Notes: generated by a model from the letters alone, not told the origin. A stretch of 64,000 bases of DNA from Hemiscyllium ocellatum (GCF_020745735.1 NC_083402.1:7254001-7318000); one strand, 5' to 3'; positions 13,796 through 28,179 are shown, counted from the first letter of the stretch. Numbers and translations: made by a program.

Positions 13796-15569
13796 CTGAG
13801 GAAAGGACAAACATCAGGATGGATGAAGTCAGTGTGCAGAATTTCTAGTTTAAGTTTCTTACAATTCTTTCAACTTCACAATGAAATAAGTAATTAAATA
13901 TCCAACACATGTTTCTTGCAGGTCTGAACCAGGCTTTTATAGACTCCTAAAAGACTCACCATGATGAAAATCTCTCATTCTCGATCTCCTCATTTTGCGT
14001 CTCCTAATCTTGAAATTCTTACAGATTGGAAAATTCACTGAGCCCACCCTAAATTCATTTGTCCAGGACACAACATCCCTCCCACCTTCACAAAATATGT
14101 GGATTATTGTTCCCCAGTCTTATACTCCACCTGTGTGCCTTCACTCTGTCCAGAAATCCTATAACAATGATTGAACACATGTCTGCGTGAAGGGAAACAT
14201 TTCTGATATTAACCTGAACGTAACTTTTTCCTAACTCAAACCATGACCTGTGCCATGAACACAGTTTGATTGAATTCTATTCAAGTTTAAAATTTCCTGC
14301 AATACTCACTACCTCATCATGTGGTGGGGGAAAGGAATTAGCCCTATGCTGTACCACCTTTATAAATTAATCATCCTTTGAAAGAGGGAGTCTCTCCCCA
14401 TCTCCATCCTAATGTGAAATGAGTTTCAGATTCCACCCACATCCTCTCAGGATCTACTCCCTCAAGACCCCTCAGGATCTTGCAAGTTTCAATAAAGTCA
14501 CTTCTCAATCTTCAGCAACAAGTTGACCCTATCTGACTCTGAACCAATCAGGATGGGCAGGTAACAACACTCTGAAATTCTCAACCAATAGGAGTCAGAG
14601 AGGTGGCTTTTTACTTATTTTCGGCCAAGGAGACCTTATGTTTCACAATGTGTTTACCCAATGAGGGATTGGGAAGCATTTGGCCTATCTTGTCCTCAAC
14701 CAATGCCAATCGACAAAAAAGGAGGTAATTCTGCCTACCAGGTCCTTGCTACCTCATAGAAAAATCACTCAATTCCACCAAGGCGTGCCAGTTTATTCCC
14801 TTCAAGTGTCTGCCTGGTTTTCTTTTGAAATCAACGACTGCTTCCACATGTACCTCCCTTGATGTTGGTGACTGTCAGTCATCAGCATTCACTGTGTAAA
14901 CATTCCTCTCTCACATTCCCTCTGCACCTCTGGCCCAAAATCTAAGATCTGCATCCTAGTCCCAAATGCTTATGAATAGACCTTTTGCTTCTCTATTTTC
15001 TCTTTGACTGCTATTATCTTCTTGCACTTCAGTCAAAACACCCATCAATTTCCTTAGCTCCAAGGAGAATAATACTTGCTTCTCAAACCTTGTAACTAAA
15101 ACAAGTCTCTGACCCCCACCTGAAACTTTCACAGGCCATCCCTGTTATAAATCTGGTAAATCTCTGCACTCTCTCAAGAACTTTCAGGTTCTTCCTCATG
15201 TGTGGTGACAGACCTGGACACAATACTTGAGTTGAGGCATAACTGAAGCAATACTAATGTTTACAGTTGTGCAGCCACTTAACTGAAACATCAAGATGAT
15301 GGGGCATAAGTTTAACATGAAAGCCAGTGGGATCAGAAGGGATTTGAGGAGACCCTTTTTGTACAGAGAAGGTGGTTGAAATTTGGATTGCACTGCCTAG
15401 GAGGGTCTGACAACATTTAAAAAGTACTTGGATCAGCAGCTGCAACTTCATAACATTGAAGGCACGGCCCGAATGCTGGAAAATGGGGTACGTGTAGATT
15501 TAGGGATTTTTTTCTTTGTTGGGATCCAGCAGCTAAAGGGCCTCTCCTGTTCTGTTTGATTCTATGATT

Positions 15570-17860
15570 CTATGGATCGGCACACAATATGTCGAGACTG
15601 TGGTGCTGGAAAAACACAGCAGGTCAGGTCAGCACATCATATGAATGGAGATAAGAAACAAAAATGCAAAGAAGATGCTGATAGGATGCTAATCCAAAAG
15701 CCCCATAACAGGAGCTACACGGTGGGAAACAAAGTAAGTCAGGAGATAGTAAGAGCATGTAACAAAGGTAGTACATTAATCATGTACATTGGGATAATCA
15801 GATTAGCAGAGGGAGCCATAAAGAAGAATTCATAGAACATATTCAAGACAGTTTCTGAGTTCAATATGTTGTGGATCCATCAAGTAATGAGGCTATTTTG
15901 GATTTGGTGATGTATCATGATTCAGGTTTAGTCAATGATGCCAGAGTGAAAGATACCCTGAAAACAGTGACCATATTATGTTAGAACTTATTGTTCAGTT
16001 TGAAAGGGAGAAAGTTAGGTTGGAAGTAACTGTGCTTAGCTTATAAAAGGGTAATTATAAATGAATGAGGACAGAACTCGATGGAGCGGGCTGCAGAAGA
16101 AGTTTAGCAGTAAAAATGGCTAAGGAACAATGACAGGCTTTTAAGGAAATAGCTCATGGCTCACCGCAAAGTTGTTACCCAGTGAGGAGAAGCATTCTAG
16201 GAAGTTGATAAGACAATCAGGATTAATGAGAGAAGTTAGTATAGCATCAGGTTGGAAAAAAAAATACAACATAGCAAACATTCGTGGTAAAACGAGAATT
16301 GGGAAAATTTTAACCACCAACAAAACATGATGGAAAAATAATAAAGCAGGAGAGAATACACTTTGCAGGTAAACTAGCAATTAATATCAGATCGGAGAGC
16401 AAGACTTACTTTAAATCAATAAAAAAGAAGAAAAAAGCTAGAGTGAACATAGGGCCCTCAAAGGATAAGTGTGGGAAATAATAATGGGGAACGAAGAAAT
16501 TGCAGAGGCGTTTTCACAGTGGAAGACACTAATTTTGTCCCAATTTTAATAAATATTCAAGCAGTTAAAAAAAAAATAAATACAACAACTATCGTGAGAG
16601 GAAGAAGTGTTAGGGAAAGTGATGGTGTTAAGGATGAAGTGGGCCCCTGGACTTGATGTGAAGCAACCTGGGATATTAAAGGAAGTGGCTACAGAGACAA
16701 TAGATGCATGGGTACCAACCTTCCAGAAGCATTAGATTCTGGAAAAGTGCTAGAGAATTGGAACTCTGCCAATATAACATCTTTGTTTTTAAAGTAAATG
16801 AGATAAAAATAAAACAGGTAATCATAGACCAGTTAGTTAATGCCTGTTATTGTGAAAATGTTGGAGTCTATTATTAAGGTTATAATCATTGGGCATGTAG
16901 AAATGGATAATATGATCAAGTAGAGTCAGCATAACTTCATGAGGAGGAAATTATGCCTTACAAATTTACTTGAATTCTTTGAGGTGGTTACAAGCTGGAT
17001 ACATAAAGGGGAATGAATGGATGTTATATGTTTGGATTTTCAGAAACCATTTCACAAGTAGCAAAACATTAAACTCCCTAATAAGATTAGATTCAATAAT
17101 GCTGGTGATAGTATATTAGAATGGATTGAGGATTGATTAACTAATGGAAAACAGAGTGTTGGGATCAGGGGGTGGTTTCAGGCCAGCTACCTGTAATTAG
17201 TGGTGTGCCTCAAGGATCTGTGCTAGAACCACATTTATTTCCAACATATGTTAGTGTCTTGGATGAGATACATGAACAACTGTAGCCATGTTTGCTGATG
17301 ACAAAAAAGTAGGCATGTAATGAGAATAAAACAAAGTAGCTGCAGAGAGATATAGACAGATTAAATGAGTGGGAAACACTTGGCATGTGGAATGTAACAT
17401 AGAAAATGTGAGATTACGCATTTTAGATGGAAGAAAAAAGGAGCTGAATATTATTGAAACAGAGAAAGCCTGCAGAAGGTGACAGAACAGAGGGATTTGA
17501 GAGTTTCATGAATCACATCCAAGCTCAGCAGGTAGTAGGTAAGCTAAATGGAATGTTGACCTTTGTTTCAAAAGGAATGGAATGTAAAAGTAAGGAGGTT
17601 TTGCCAAGTGCTGGAATACTGTGAATAGTTTTGGTCCCTTTTCAAAGGAAAGTTAAACTGGCAGAGAGGTTTCACTAATTTGATGCCAAGAATGGAGGAA
17701 AGAGTCTGAGAAGATTGGGTCTGTACTTATTGGAATACAGAAGACTGAGAAGTGACTTCATTGAAACATAAAAGATTCTTTGCATATTTGACTGGGTAGA
17801 TGCAGAATGATTGTTGATCTTGTAGGAGAGTCTAGGAACAGAGGGTATAATCTCAGAATG
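15570..17860 (+). mobile_element. Old, degenerate CR1 ORF2 remnant
   Basis: Fragmented endonuclease and RT motifs, e.g. gtggtgtgcctcaaggatctgtgctag (GVPQGSVL). Confidence 0.75.
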
Positions 17861-17905
17861 ATGGCAGAATGATGGGTTTATGTCAATGCTACTCCTTTAA
17901 CAAGG

Positions 17906-18482
17906 TTATGTTGTCTTTATCTTTTTTTCAGTGAGGTCGTAAAATACATAGACTCTGAAAGGTCTGAGTTTGAAGAGTTTCAGGGTCAATTTGATTGTAG
18001 CTAACCGATATTGCCTCAAGCAGAAGGCTTTCAAGTTAAAAAAAAAACTTGTACAATGAAAGGGGCGTGGCCAGTTCTCCCAACTCAGCCTCTCTGGTTT
18101 GGTTTAGTTTTTAGCAGTTGTGTTGAAAAAGCTGCTGGACTCAAAGAAACAGGTCCAGGTTGGTCCTCTCTCTCTCTCTAAGACCCTGTGCTTGATTTTA
18201 CCTTTTGTGCCAATGGGTGTTTATGGGGATTGTTGTAAGTATTTGGAACAGCATCATGAACTTGTGATAATCTGTTGGGGTTTTGGATAGGTTAAGTTAT
18301 TCGGTCTTCTGCTGTCTTTAAATTCTGTACTCTTGAAATTAAATTCTATTTTGCTTAAAACTATGTAGTTCAAACCCCTGTGTCCCTCCTGGAATATCCA
18401 TGTTACACCTACACAATAGGCAGAGTTAGGGTCTGGGTTATTTTCTTGAAATGTTTGAGGGGGTCTGGCCTGGACCAAGACA
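17906..18482 (+). mobile_element. Probable solo LTR
   Basis: About 580 bp ending gggggtctggcctggaccaagaCA with an internal (CT)n run and LTR-like composition. TSD not confirmed. Confidence 0.45.
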
Positions 18483-19208
18483 GTTGCACATTTAAGACAA
18501 GAAGAATGTCGTCTCCAAGAAGGTAATGAATATTTGGACTTCTGTGCCACAGACAACAGTTAATATTGAGTCCTTAAGTATAGTCAGGGTTGAGAGAGAC
18601 CAAGTTTATTCAGTATGGGAATCAGTTGTGGAGAAAAATCAGTGAAGTGTAATTTGATGTTTATTAGTACACTCACTATTGAAAGGTGGAACAGGGTCAA
18701 TGGGCTGACTGGCCTTCTACAATGCTTCAGCTGCCTCAGTTCTCAACACCTAGTTTTTGAAGCCTGTGAATCCCATTTTTTTTCCAATCACTCTTTTACT
18801 ATGTCCTGACATCTTCAAACACCGATGCACACAGACCGCTAGCTTCCTTTTTCTAGATACATCCTTTAAAACTGCATCCTGGATTCTACATTGCCCACAG
18901 GAGCATGGAGGCAGTGGGGACCTTGAAGCATGGATGTTGGTGATGTTCTGTCTGCTTCCTATAACAGACCACTGAAGCCTGTACAAAGATGGCAAAGGAG
19001 TGGGTGCGTGAGAGGATGTGGGCGGTTTCAGAAATGGTCTATAAATCCCAGCCTCATCTCTCTCCCTCTTGCTCTCTCCCCTCTCACTGCTTCCTGCCTC
19101 AGACCAACTGAAAGAGCCAAGAAGCCAACCTGAATGCTCCTGGACCAGGTGGAGCCTCTCTTCATTGAGCTGTGAGGGCAGAGGTAACACTTAAACATTC
19201 TTTCTTAC

Positions 19209-19592
19209 CTTCAATTTCCAGCTTTGTTGGAGACTGTGTTTGAAAACTGCCAATGTTGAGCTCCACACGACACAGATAGGGACCAGCATCCTCCTGGCTC
19301 AGTCCATCCATCATTATTGAGATGTCATTGTTGCTGAGGTTCCCCACGAATCTGAATCGATTCCCACTGTCTTGCTGAGTCACATTCTCACACAGCTCAC
19401 CCTGGGAATGGTCTGTTTCAGAATATGTACACTTAAAGATAACACCTGTGTCAGATTTAATCCATATCACGGAGCCAATGAGTGTGAGATTGGTGTCAGG
19501 GTGGGTAAAGCTGCAGGGTAAGACAGCGGTTCCTCCTTCCTCAGCCCTCACTCCATCCGCGACTGTCATTGACCAACCTTTAACAGAATCCT
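19209..19592 (-). CDS. Exon 4: Ig V-set domain 3 (Siglec-15-like, type B; retains YxCRVE)
   Basis: Acceptor ctttctctcccctgacag|AG, donor GAAG|GTAAGA, 384 bp, phase 1-1. Paralog of exon 2 with about 40 differences in 127 aa by hand alignment. Contains YLCRVEL. Confidence 0.92.
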
Positions 19593-20779
19593 CTGTCAGG
19601 GGAGAGAAAGAGGCAGGGGATATGAACACAGCACTGGGAAGGATATCAGCGTGCAGAACTGAAACTGAGACTTTGATTTGAGTCTGTTATTTAGTTGAAA
19701 CAGGATTGGCATTTGTAATGAGAGGCAGTGGTAATGTCTATTCATAAGCAATCCAAAGTTTCAGTACCCACCTTGGCAGCTGCTGGAATTTCAATTCCGT
19801 TATTTCATTTGTAATTAAATGGTAACCATGAAACCATCGTCAATTGTTGGAAAAAAATCCATCTGGTCGACTGATATTTTTTAGAGAAGGGAAATGCCAT
19901 TCTTATGTGGTCTGGCCTAATTGTGACTCCAGTCCAACAGCAACAGATTTGACCCTAAAATGCCCTCAGAAATTCCCAAGGGAGACAGTCAGTTGCACAA
20001 AACCAGGACAATGAATGTCATGACTGAACAGGGAATAGTGTGTCAATAACCATGTCTTGCTCTTCCACCCATTGTCAGTAACTGTTCAAATGTACTAAAA
20101 TCCCAATGAGATCACCAACACCCAAACTGCTTGACTTATCACTACTCAGAACAGTAGGGAACCATATCAGCAATCTTCAGTTAAAATAATTCCATCAATT
20201 AATTTACAGTAATAACTGCAGTGACCCCTGACCCCCACCCCCCAACAAACACAGACTAATCACAATTAAGACAGAGAAAAGATAAACAGTTCATATTTCT
20301 ACCAAGAATGAAAAGAATAATATAGGCAGGGTAAATAAAATTCTGAAAATCAAAGAACTGACCACAAGATGGAAAAATCTTTCTCTGTCACTGTCCCTTC
20401 GGTTTTTTGCCATGATGCATTGCTGCTCTCTGTGCTGTGAGACTCAATGAGTAATCAGGTGAACTTAAATTTTTGCTTATCTTTCTTTTCAGCTTTCTCA
20501 GTTTTTCCATCCTTATTTCCATGGTGATGTGGGAGCGGGAGAGATGGCTGCTTTCTGTCTGTAGGATCTAGATGTTTTCTACATTCAGCAGCTGTGTTTA
20601 CAGAGTTTTTGGAGAGGCTGACAGGTGGGATGTTTTTCATCAGAAGATTGAAAGCTATCTGCTGGGTGATTTGTGCAGGAGTCATTGTTCATTTGTTCAG
20701 CGAAGTGGGTGAATTTATTGAAGGTTTATACATTTGATTTTTATTCAGATTTATATGCTCTTATTTTTTTGCATGCTTA

Positions 20780-23700
20780 GTCTAATTTATATATATAAGC
20801 TCTTGTAAGCTGCCTATTTTTCAGCTTAATGACATTGAGGGCATACAAGAGACAGAGTTAAGTGGCTTGTAGATTTAGAGAAGTCATAACACATCAGGAT
20901 CAGTCAGATGGATGACTGTCAGGAAAGGCAAAAAGGTAGTTCAGAAGATTTCCGTTGGTATATCTCTCCCAAAGAGATATTGAATTTTGGGCCCTATTGA
21001 AAGGATAGTCTCCCAGAGGAATATAGAAGACATCAGATCTTGGGCACTAAGAATGAATTTTATGTTTGGTGGGTTTGATAAAATTTAAAAGAATATTTGC
21101 TATAGGGGACTGTCCTGTCAAGGGCATAGACAGGAGGTTCTGCAGCAGTGAACATGAATCTAGGATAGTATGTTGCTTTCCTGATATCAAGAAAGGGGAG
21201 AATGTAAAAGCAGAAGTTATTGTGTACATTGATAGGAATGGCACATTTAGGAAAAAAACTAAGGCTATACAGAGTGAATATAAGAGGTTAGGTAGAAGAT
21301 TGTAAAAACAGATCCTCAAAAGTAGAATCTTTGGTTTACTCCCAGTGCTAAGCTCAAGTGAGGGAAAAAAGGATAAAGGAGAAAAGACTGAAGAAGTGGT
21401 GTAACGCTCAGGGAATCAGATTCTTGGATTACTGGAAATTTTTTTCTAGGTGGAGGGATCCTAAGCAGCAGAGTAAATAGAAAGTTAGATGAGGATGGTT
21501 TTGAATCTGCAAACAAAAACCAAATTAATTTGAAAAGACAGACTAGAGCAAGTCAGAGAACAAAGTAAATCTGAAGAATTAAACTAAATTTATTTCAGTG
21601 CAAGGGATCCTACAAGTAAGACTGATGAACTCGGGGCATGTATGAGAACATGGGATTGGGATGACATATCTATTACAGAAACTTGGCTGAGGAATGTACA
21701 GGACTCGCTGCTCAATGTTCTGGGATTTAGATACCATCAGAAGTATAGAAAAAGAAGCAAAAGAGGAGGAGGAATTTGGTTTAGCTTGAGGAAAATATTA
21801 TCGTTGTAAGTAGAGAAGATATTTCTGAAAAACTCAGTAAGTGCAAAACTTGACCTTCTCTTGAGTAATAAGACAGAGCAAGTAATTGAAATGATAGCAG
21901 GGGGACACTTATGCTAAAGTGATCATAATTCTATTTGTTTTAACATAGTTATGGAAAAGGCTAAGCCTTCTTTAAAAATTAAAGTTTTTAATTGGAGTAA
22001 GGAAAATTTTAATTGATTGAGACAAAATTTGAGTGGAATAGAGTGTTCACAGTAAAGGGACGTATGATAAGTGTGAGGCTTCCAAATGTGTGGTAATAAT
22101 AGTTTAGAGTCTTTATGTTCCTGTTAGATTTAAAAGTAAGGATGGTAGGATAAGATAACAATGGATGAATAAAAATGTTGAGGTTCTAGTCAAGTATAAA
22201 AATGAATCATACCTTCGATGTAAATAACTGAATTCAAATGAATCTCCTGCACAATATAAAGAATAATTGTGGGTTCCTTTCCAGAAATATTTGTATCACC
22301 TAAAAAATTCTGTTGGGGTGTTGAATGACCGGGAAGTGGCTAATGTCGTGCCTTTATTTAAGAAGGGATGTAATGAGGAGCCAGGGAGTTACAGATATGT
22401 GAGTCTGATGTCAGTGGTAGGTAGGTTGTCAGAAGTGATTCTGAAAGATTGGATTTAAGTGGAGAGGCAAAGAATAATTAGGGATAGTCAACATGATTTT
22501 GTCTGACAGAAATCATGTCTCACAAACTTGACTGAGTTTCTTAAAGAAATAAACAAGAAGATTGATGAGGGCAGAGCAGTAGACATTGTTTACTTATACT
22601 TTCATAAAGCCTTTGACAAGGTTCCATATGGTAGACTAATGAGAAAAGTTAGATCATGTGGGATTCAGGATGAGCTTGACAACTGGATAAAAAGTTGGCT
22701 TATTAGCAGAAGACAGAGACTGACTGTGGAGGGCTATTTTTCAGACTGGAGGCCTGTGACTGACAGTGTTCCACAGGGATCGGTGCTAAGTCCACTTTTG
22801 TTTGTCATTTATATAAATGATGCAGATGAGAATATAGAAAACACAGTCAGTAAGATGTGAATGACACCAAAAATGGTGGTCCATTGGACAGTGAAGAAGG
22901 TTATCTGAGATTATGGAGAGATCTTGCTCAATTGGGTCAATGGGCTAAAGAGTGGCAGATGGAATTTAATTTGGGTAAATGTGATGTATTGCATTTTGGT
23001 AAAACAAGCAAAGGCAAGACTTATACAATTAAAAGTAGAGCCTTCAGTAGTGCTGTAGAACAGAGAGAGACCTTGGCTTTCAGGTTCATAATTCTGTGAA
23101 GTTTGCATCATATATAGATAGGATGGTTAAGAAGCTATTTAGCATGCTTGTCTTCATTGTTCAGATGTTTGAGTATAGGAGTTGGGACGTTATGCTGAGG
23201 TTGTACAGAATGTCGGTGAAGCCTCTTCAGGAGTACTGTCCAGTTCTGGTTACCCTGTCGTGGGACGGATATTATTAAGCTGGAGAAGGTTTTGTAGAGA
23301 TTTACCAGGATGTTGCTGGGAATGAAGTGTTTCAGCAATAAAGAGAGTCTGAATACACTGGGACTTTTTTCACTGGAGCATAGGATATTTCAGAGGTTTA
23401 TAAAATTATGAGGGTTATAGTTAAGGTGAATGGCAGGTGTCCTTTCCCTAGGGTGGGGCATTTCAAGACTTTCAGGTGAGAGGAGAAAAATTTTAAAAAG
23501 ACATGAGGGGCAAATGTTTTTTTATATGGGCATTGGCTCATGTGTAGAATTAATTTCCTGAGGAAGTGATGGCTGTGGGTACAGTTACAACATTTAAAAG
23601 CCATTTATATAAGTACATGAAGAAGAAAAGTTTGGAAGGATATGGCCAGTTGTATGCAGATGAGACTAGTTTGGATTGGAGGCCGGTGACCAGTAGTGTT

Positions 23701-23850
23701 CCACAGGGATCGATGCTGGGTCCACATTTGCTTGACATTTATATCAATGATGTGAATGAGAATAGAGAAAGCATGGTTTGTAAGTTTTGAATGATATCAA
23801 ATTTGGTGGAATAAATTGGAGGGATATGGTCAATTACAGGCAGATGGAAC
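20780..23850 (+). mobile_element. CR1 LINE with ORF1 esterase remnant and ORF2 RT remnant
   Basis: 21066-21305 IGDCPVKGIDRRFC...SRIVCCFP is a decayed SGNH esterase-type ORF1. 22528-22860 contains YFHKAFDKVP...VPQGSVLSPLLFVIYIND. Confidence 0.88.
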
Positions 23851-24363
23851 TTTATTTGGTAGTAAAATAGCCTTTATTGTCATGTGCAGTCAATGAGTGC
23901 AGTGAAAAACTTGCATTGAAGGAACTATTCCTGATGAAGGTGTTAACACTTTCATTGTAACCAAGAGGGACACATTAAACCATTGCAACTTTCTGCTTTA
24001 GGAGATGATCTCAATATCAATATAACTTTAGGTGGATTGGAGATTGAATTGAATGTTCTAAGTGTGTCAAAATCTTTCCATACTGATATCAGAGTGCACC
24101 TTAAAAGATCAACACATCAAAATACATTTAAAAAAATCAAATGCAAAACACAAAAGCAAGATACTGCAGATGCTGGAAGTTTGGAAAAATGAATCAAATG
24201 CTGTAAATACTCAGCAGGCCAGACAACACCTGTGGAGAGAAAAGGTTAACATCTTAGTTCAATGACCTTTCATCAGAAAACCAAATCACAAGAAAGTTCA
24301 CAGAATCTTTTACATTCTCATCATGCCCTGTACAGATGGAACAATGTGTGAATGGCTTCTTAC

Positions 24364-24717
24364 CGGGTATGACATGCACCCGACTCTCTTTCTGGATCAG
24401 ACACTGAATATCTTCGTGTAATGATATGTATTCCACCACACACAGGTAAGTGTGATTGTCCCTCACACTCAGCTGGTTTATCCTGGTCGAGGCATTTCCC
24501 TCCTTTGGATTCCCGATGAGCTCATATCGATTTCCACCATTTACAGTTATCCAATTTTTTTGTGGTTGGACTGTAAATGTAACAATGCATTGATAGGGCT
24601 CCTTCCTCATCCAGGTAACAGTACTCAGGTTGAGATGGCCCATGATCCTGAAGGAACATGGTAAAGTAACTGAATCTCCTACTGTCCCATTCACCACTGG
24701 GACATCTCCCTGAGCAG
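24364..24717 (-). CDS. Exon 3: Ig V-set domain 2 (type A)
   Basis: Acceptor ttctatcctcag|CT, donor CCCG|GTAAGA, 354 bp, phase 1-1. Motifs GDSVTLPCSF, VTWMRKEPY, RYELIGNP..GNAS.RI..L...DNHTYLC.VEY. Confidence 0.92.
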
Positions 24718-25849
24718 CTGAGGATAGAACAAACATCAGACTGGATGAAGTCAGAGATTAAATTTATGCATTCCTTTCAACTTCACAATAAAATGAACAA
24801 TTCAAACTCCACTCATATCTCTAACAGGTCTATCCAAGACATTCCCCTCCAATAGTCATTCTGATTAAAATGTCTCCCCACCTCTCAATTTAAGGATCTT
24901 GATCACAAGATGCTTGAAGATCAGGAAATCCATTGAACCCTCCCAAATTCATTCATGCAGAACCCTTCATCCATTGCTCAAAGTTAATGTTCTTTAAATA
25001 AGGTCAACTATTTTATAGCCTTTCCCAAAAACTCTGTCCAGCAATAACATTCAAAATATTGATCACGCTCTGTGTGAAGGAGAACCCCCTGGTGTCATTC
25101 CTAATGTGACCATTCACCACCTCTTACCTGCAACCTTTGAAATAAATACAGGTTAATTTAAACGTGTAGTCCAGATTACATTTTTCTAAACTTGTCTCAG
25201 TATTTTGGGTGCAGGTGGAGGGATAATTCAACCATGTGGCTCTTTGCTGCTTGTACTTTAAAGGTGAGTTGAGGGATGGACTGCTTCCTCATTCCATACG
25301 TTAAACAGGTAACCCTTATTTTCAAACCAGTTCATCTTTTGCTCACAAGAGTAAGTATCCTCTCAAAATCTGCCTGGTCAAGTCTCCTCAGACCCTTCTT
25401 TATTTCAGTAATGTCTCTTTTAATATGTTTTATTTGGTCATGGTTGTCGCTGATTCAGGTTATGTGTATTTATTGTCCATCTTGAGTGCCAAGGAGAAAC
25501 TGTCTTCTTGAAATGCTGCAGCCCTGAGGTGTAGGGGTTACCTGCAGTAATTTTAGGGATGGAGCTCCAGGATTTTGACCAAACAATACTGAAGGAATGG
25601 CAATATGATAAGAATGGAACCAGACTACCCTGTATTGAGTGAGGCAGCAAAAACAATGAGCGCAGTCACAGCTGTGTCAATCCTGTAAAATCCTTTTCAT
25701 TAACATCCTCCTCATTAACATCTGGAAGCTAGTGCAAAAAGTGGAAGAGCTGTCTCACAGACTGGTCAACTAACAGCCTCACATAGGCAAACTCATGGAA
25801 TCATAACTCACAATGTCTCAGGCACCACCATTGCCATTCCTGGATATAT

Positions 25850-26880
25850 CTTGTCCCATTGGCAGGACACACCTGGAAGAAATTGAGGCACTGTGATACA
25901 CATTTGGGAGGGGACTGCCCTGGGAGTTCCCAACATGAAGTCCCCAACTTAAAGATAACATTGTTAGCCCATGGAACCACAATCTGTAAACTCGTGATCC
26001 ATGTTAACTCCTCACTCCACCATTCCCATCAGACTGGGAGATCAATGAAGAGTCCAGGTGAGTATGCTGTGAGCAACATCAGGCAAACCTAAAAATGTGA
26101 GGCCTACACGCTGAAACTAGAACCTTCAGGATTTGTTACTTGTTACAGCCAGAAACACCACACAATAGAGCCATCACATAACCAATGGATCATATGGCTC
26201 AGCTGTCCTGAATGGTGGTGGACAATTGCTGTACTAGCTGGTTCAGTACAGTTACAACACTGGGATTTCCTTAACAATTTGGAAAGCTGCCTGGGTATGT
26301 CATGTACACAAAAAGCGAAGTGAGTCTGATTAGGCCAATTACTGATCTTTCCGTGCACTCTCGATCATCAGTGGAGTGATGGAAAATGTGAGTGACTGCC
26401 CTTAACATCAAGGCCACAGTCAAGCATGTGAAGCATCAAGGAACCTGAGCAAAACTGAACTCAATGGGAATTGGGGAAGAAACTTCCATTGGTTTGAGTC
26501 ATACCTGGCACACAGGAAGATGGTTTTGGTTTTTATAGGTCGGTCATCTCAGCTCCAGGATCTATCTGCAGAAGTTCTTCAGGGTAGTATCCTAGGCCCA
26601 ACCATCTTCAACTGCTTCATCGATGACTTTCCCTCCATCAAAAGGTCAGAAGTGGGGATGAATATTCACTGATCAACATGGGATGAAGAACATCACCACC
26701 TACAAGCTATCCTCCAAGATGTGCACCATCCTGATTTAGAAATATTTCACCATTCTGTCAGTATCACTGGGGCAAAATCCTGGAACTCTTTTAACAACTG
26801 CATCATGACGGAATACAGCAGTTCAAGAAGGCAGCTCATCATTCCCTTCTCCAGGGCAATTAGGGATGGCCAATGAAGGC
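25850..26880 (+). mobile_element. CR1/L2-superclade LINE fragment
   Basis: VLQGSILGPTIFNCFIDDFP RT motif at about 26575-26635, followed by the family 3' end. Confidence 0.7.
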
Positions 26881-27897
26881 TGACTGAGCATGTGGTGCTC
26901 ACATCCCTTTGAACAATTGCAAGATAAATATAGTTCCAAGTCAGGATGCACAGCCAGGGTGGTGGTGGAGGCAGGTACAACAGAGGCATTTAAGGGACTT
27001 TTACATAAGTACGTGAATACACAAGAAATGGAGGGTATGAACCAATAGCAGGCTGAAAAGATTAGTTTCATTTGGTGTCATGTTTGGCACAATATTGTGG
27101 GCCGAAGGGCCGTTCCTGTGTTGTACAGTTCTATCTTCTATGTCCTGAACCCTCATTGGATGAGCATGTCTCAGGGTGAAGGAACCTTCAGCTCACATTG
27201 GCTGAATGTTGCTATCTTCTCTCTCTAGTGGCTGAGGTGAAAATGAGGGGAGCTGCCTTCTCCTGAAGTTAATGTCCTTGTGAACTATTCCAATCCTTGG
27301 CAGATTGTGAAATTTGAATTGAAAATGTCTGGAACTAAAAACTAATTGCATAATGAACATGTTTCCATCATCATAAAAGAAAACCCATCTGGGCCATGCA
27401 TGTCTCTTAGGGAGATCTGCTATCATTCCCCTGCAGTGATGTTGACTCTTAACTGCCCCATGAATGGCTCACTGAGTTCTGGACAAGGAATAAACCCAGC
27501 AAGTGAATGAAACTGTGGCTCTAAGAACAGGTCAGAGACTAGGTATCCTGTAAATTAACATATTAAGGCCTATTGATCAGTCAGGAGTATGATGGAATAC
27601 TCCCCACTTGCCTGGAAGAATGCAAGAAAATATATTGCTGCTCTGTTACGGTCATGGGGTCAAAATTCTGGAACTCTGATCCTAACACCATTGTGGGAAT
27701 AAAAGTTACTACAAAATACATTGCAGTAAGGCACCAACACTTCCTCCATCAACACCTTCTAAATTAGTGACCTCTACCATCATGGTGAAAATCAGCAGCA
27801 AATACATATCATCTGCATCCTCTCCAAAGCCTCCACATCCTTTCTGTAACTTGGCAACAGAACTGAAAGCAATACTCTAAGTGTGGCCTAACTCTAA

Positions 27898-28172
27898 GTG
27901 GCACAGTGGTTAGCACTGCTGCCTCACAGTACCAGAGACCCGGGTTCAATTCCCACCTCAGGTGACTGTCTGTGTGGAGTTTCCACATTCTCCATGTGTC
28001 TGCGTGTGTTTGCTCCGGTTTCCTCCCACAGTACAAAAATGTGCAGGTTAGGTGAATTGGCCATGCTAAATTGCCTGTAGTGTTAGGTGTAGGGGAATGG
28101 GTATGGGTGGATGGCGGGTCGGTGTGGAGTTGTTGGGCCGAAGGGCCTGTTTCCACACTGTAAGTAATCTAA
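27898..28172 (+). mobile_element. HE1-type tRNA-derived SINE
   Basis: Head GTGGCACAGTGGTTAGCACTGCTGCCTCACAG...GGTTCAATTCC, core, and tail gggcctgtttccacactgtaagtaatctaa. Confidence 0.9.
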
Positions 28173-28179
28173 AACCAAA

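Noticed and set aside
18750-19190. 146-aa minus-strand ORF just downstream of V domain 3
   Set aside because: No recognisable domain. It lies in intron sequence whose paralog (30040-30240) does not keep the frame.
20290-20420. Possible second leader exon (MAKNRRDSDRERFFHLVVSSLIF...) that would split the locus into two genes
   Set aside because: Not homologous to the real leader, no good phase-1 donor, and no TM exon found between 24364 and this point.
27898-27960. tRNA-like A/B boxes
   Set aside because: These are SINE heads, not tRNA genes. No full cloverleaf, and they run into the SINE core.
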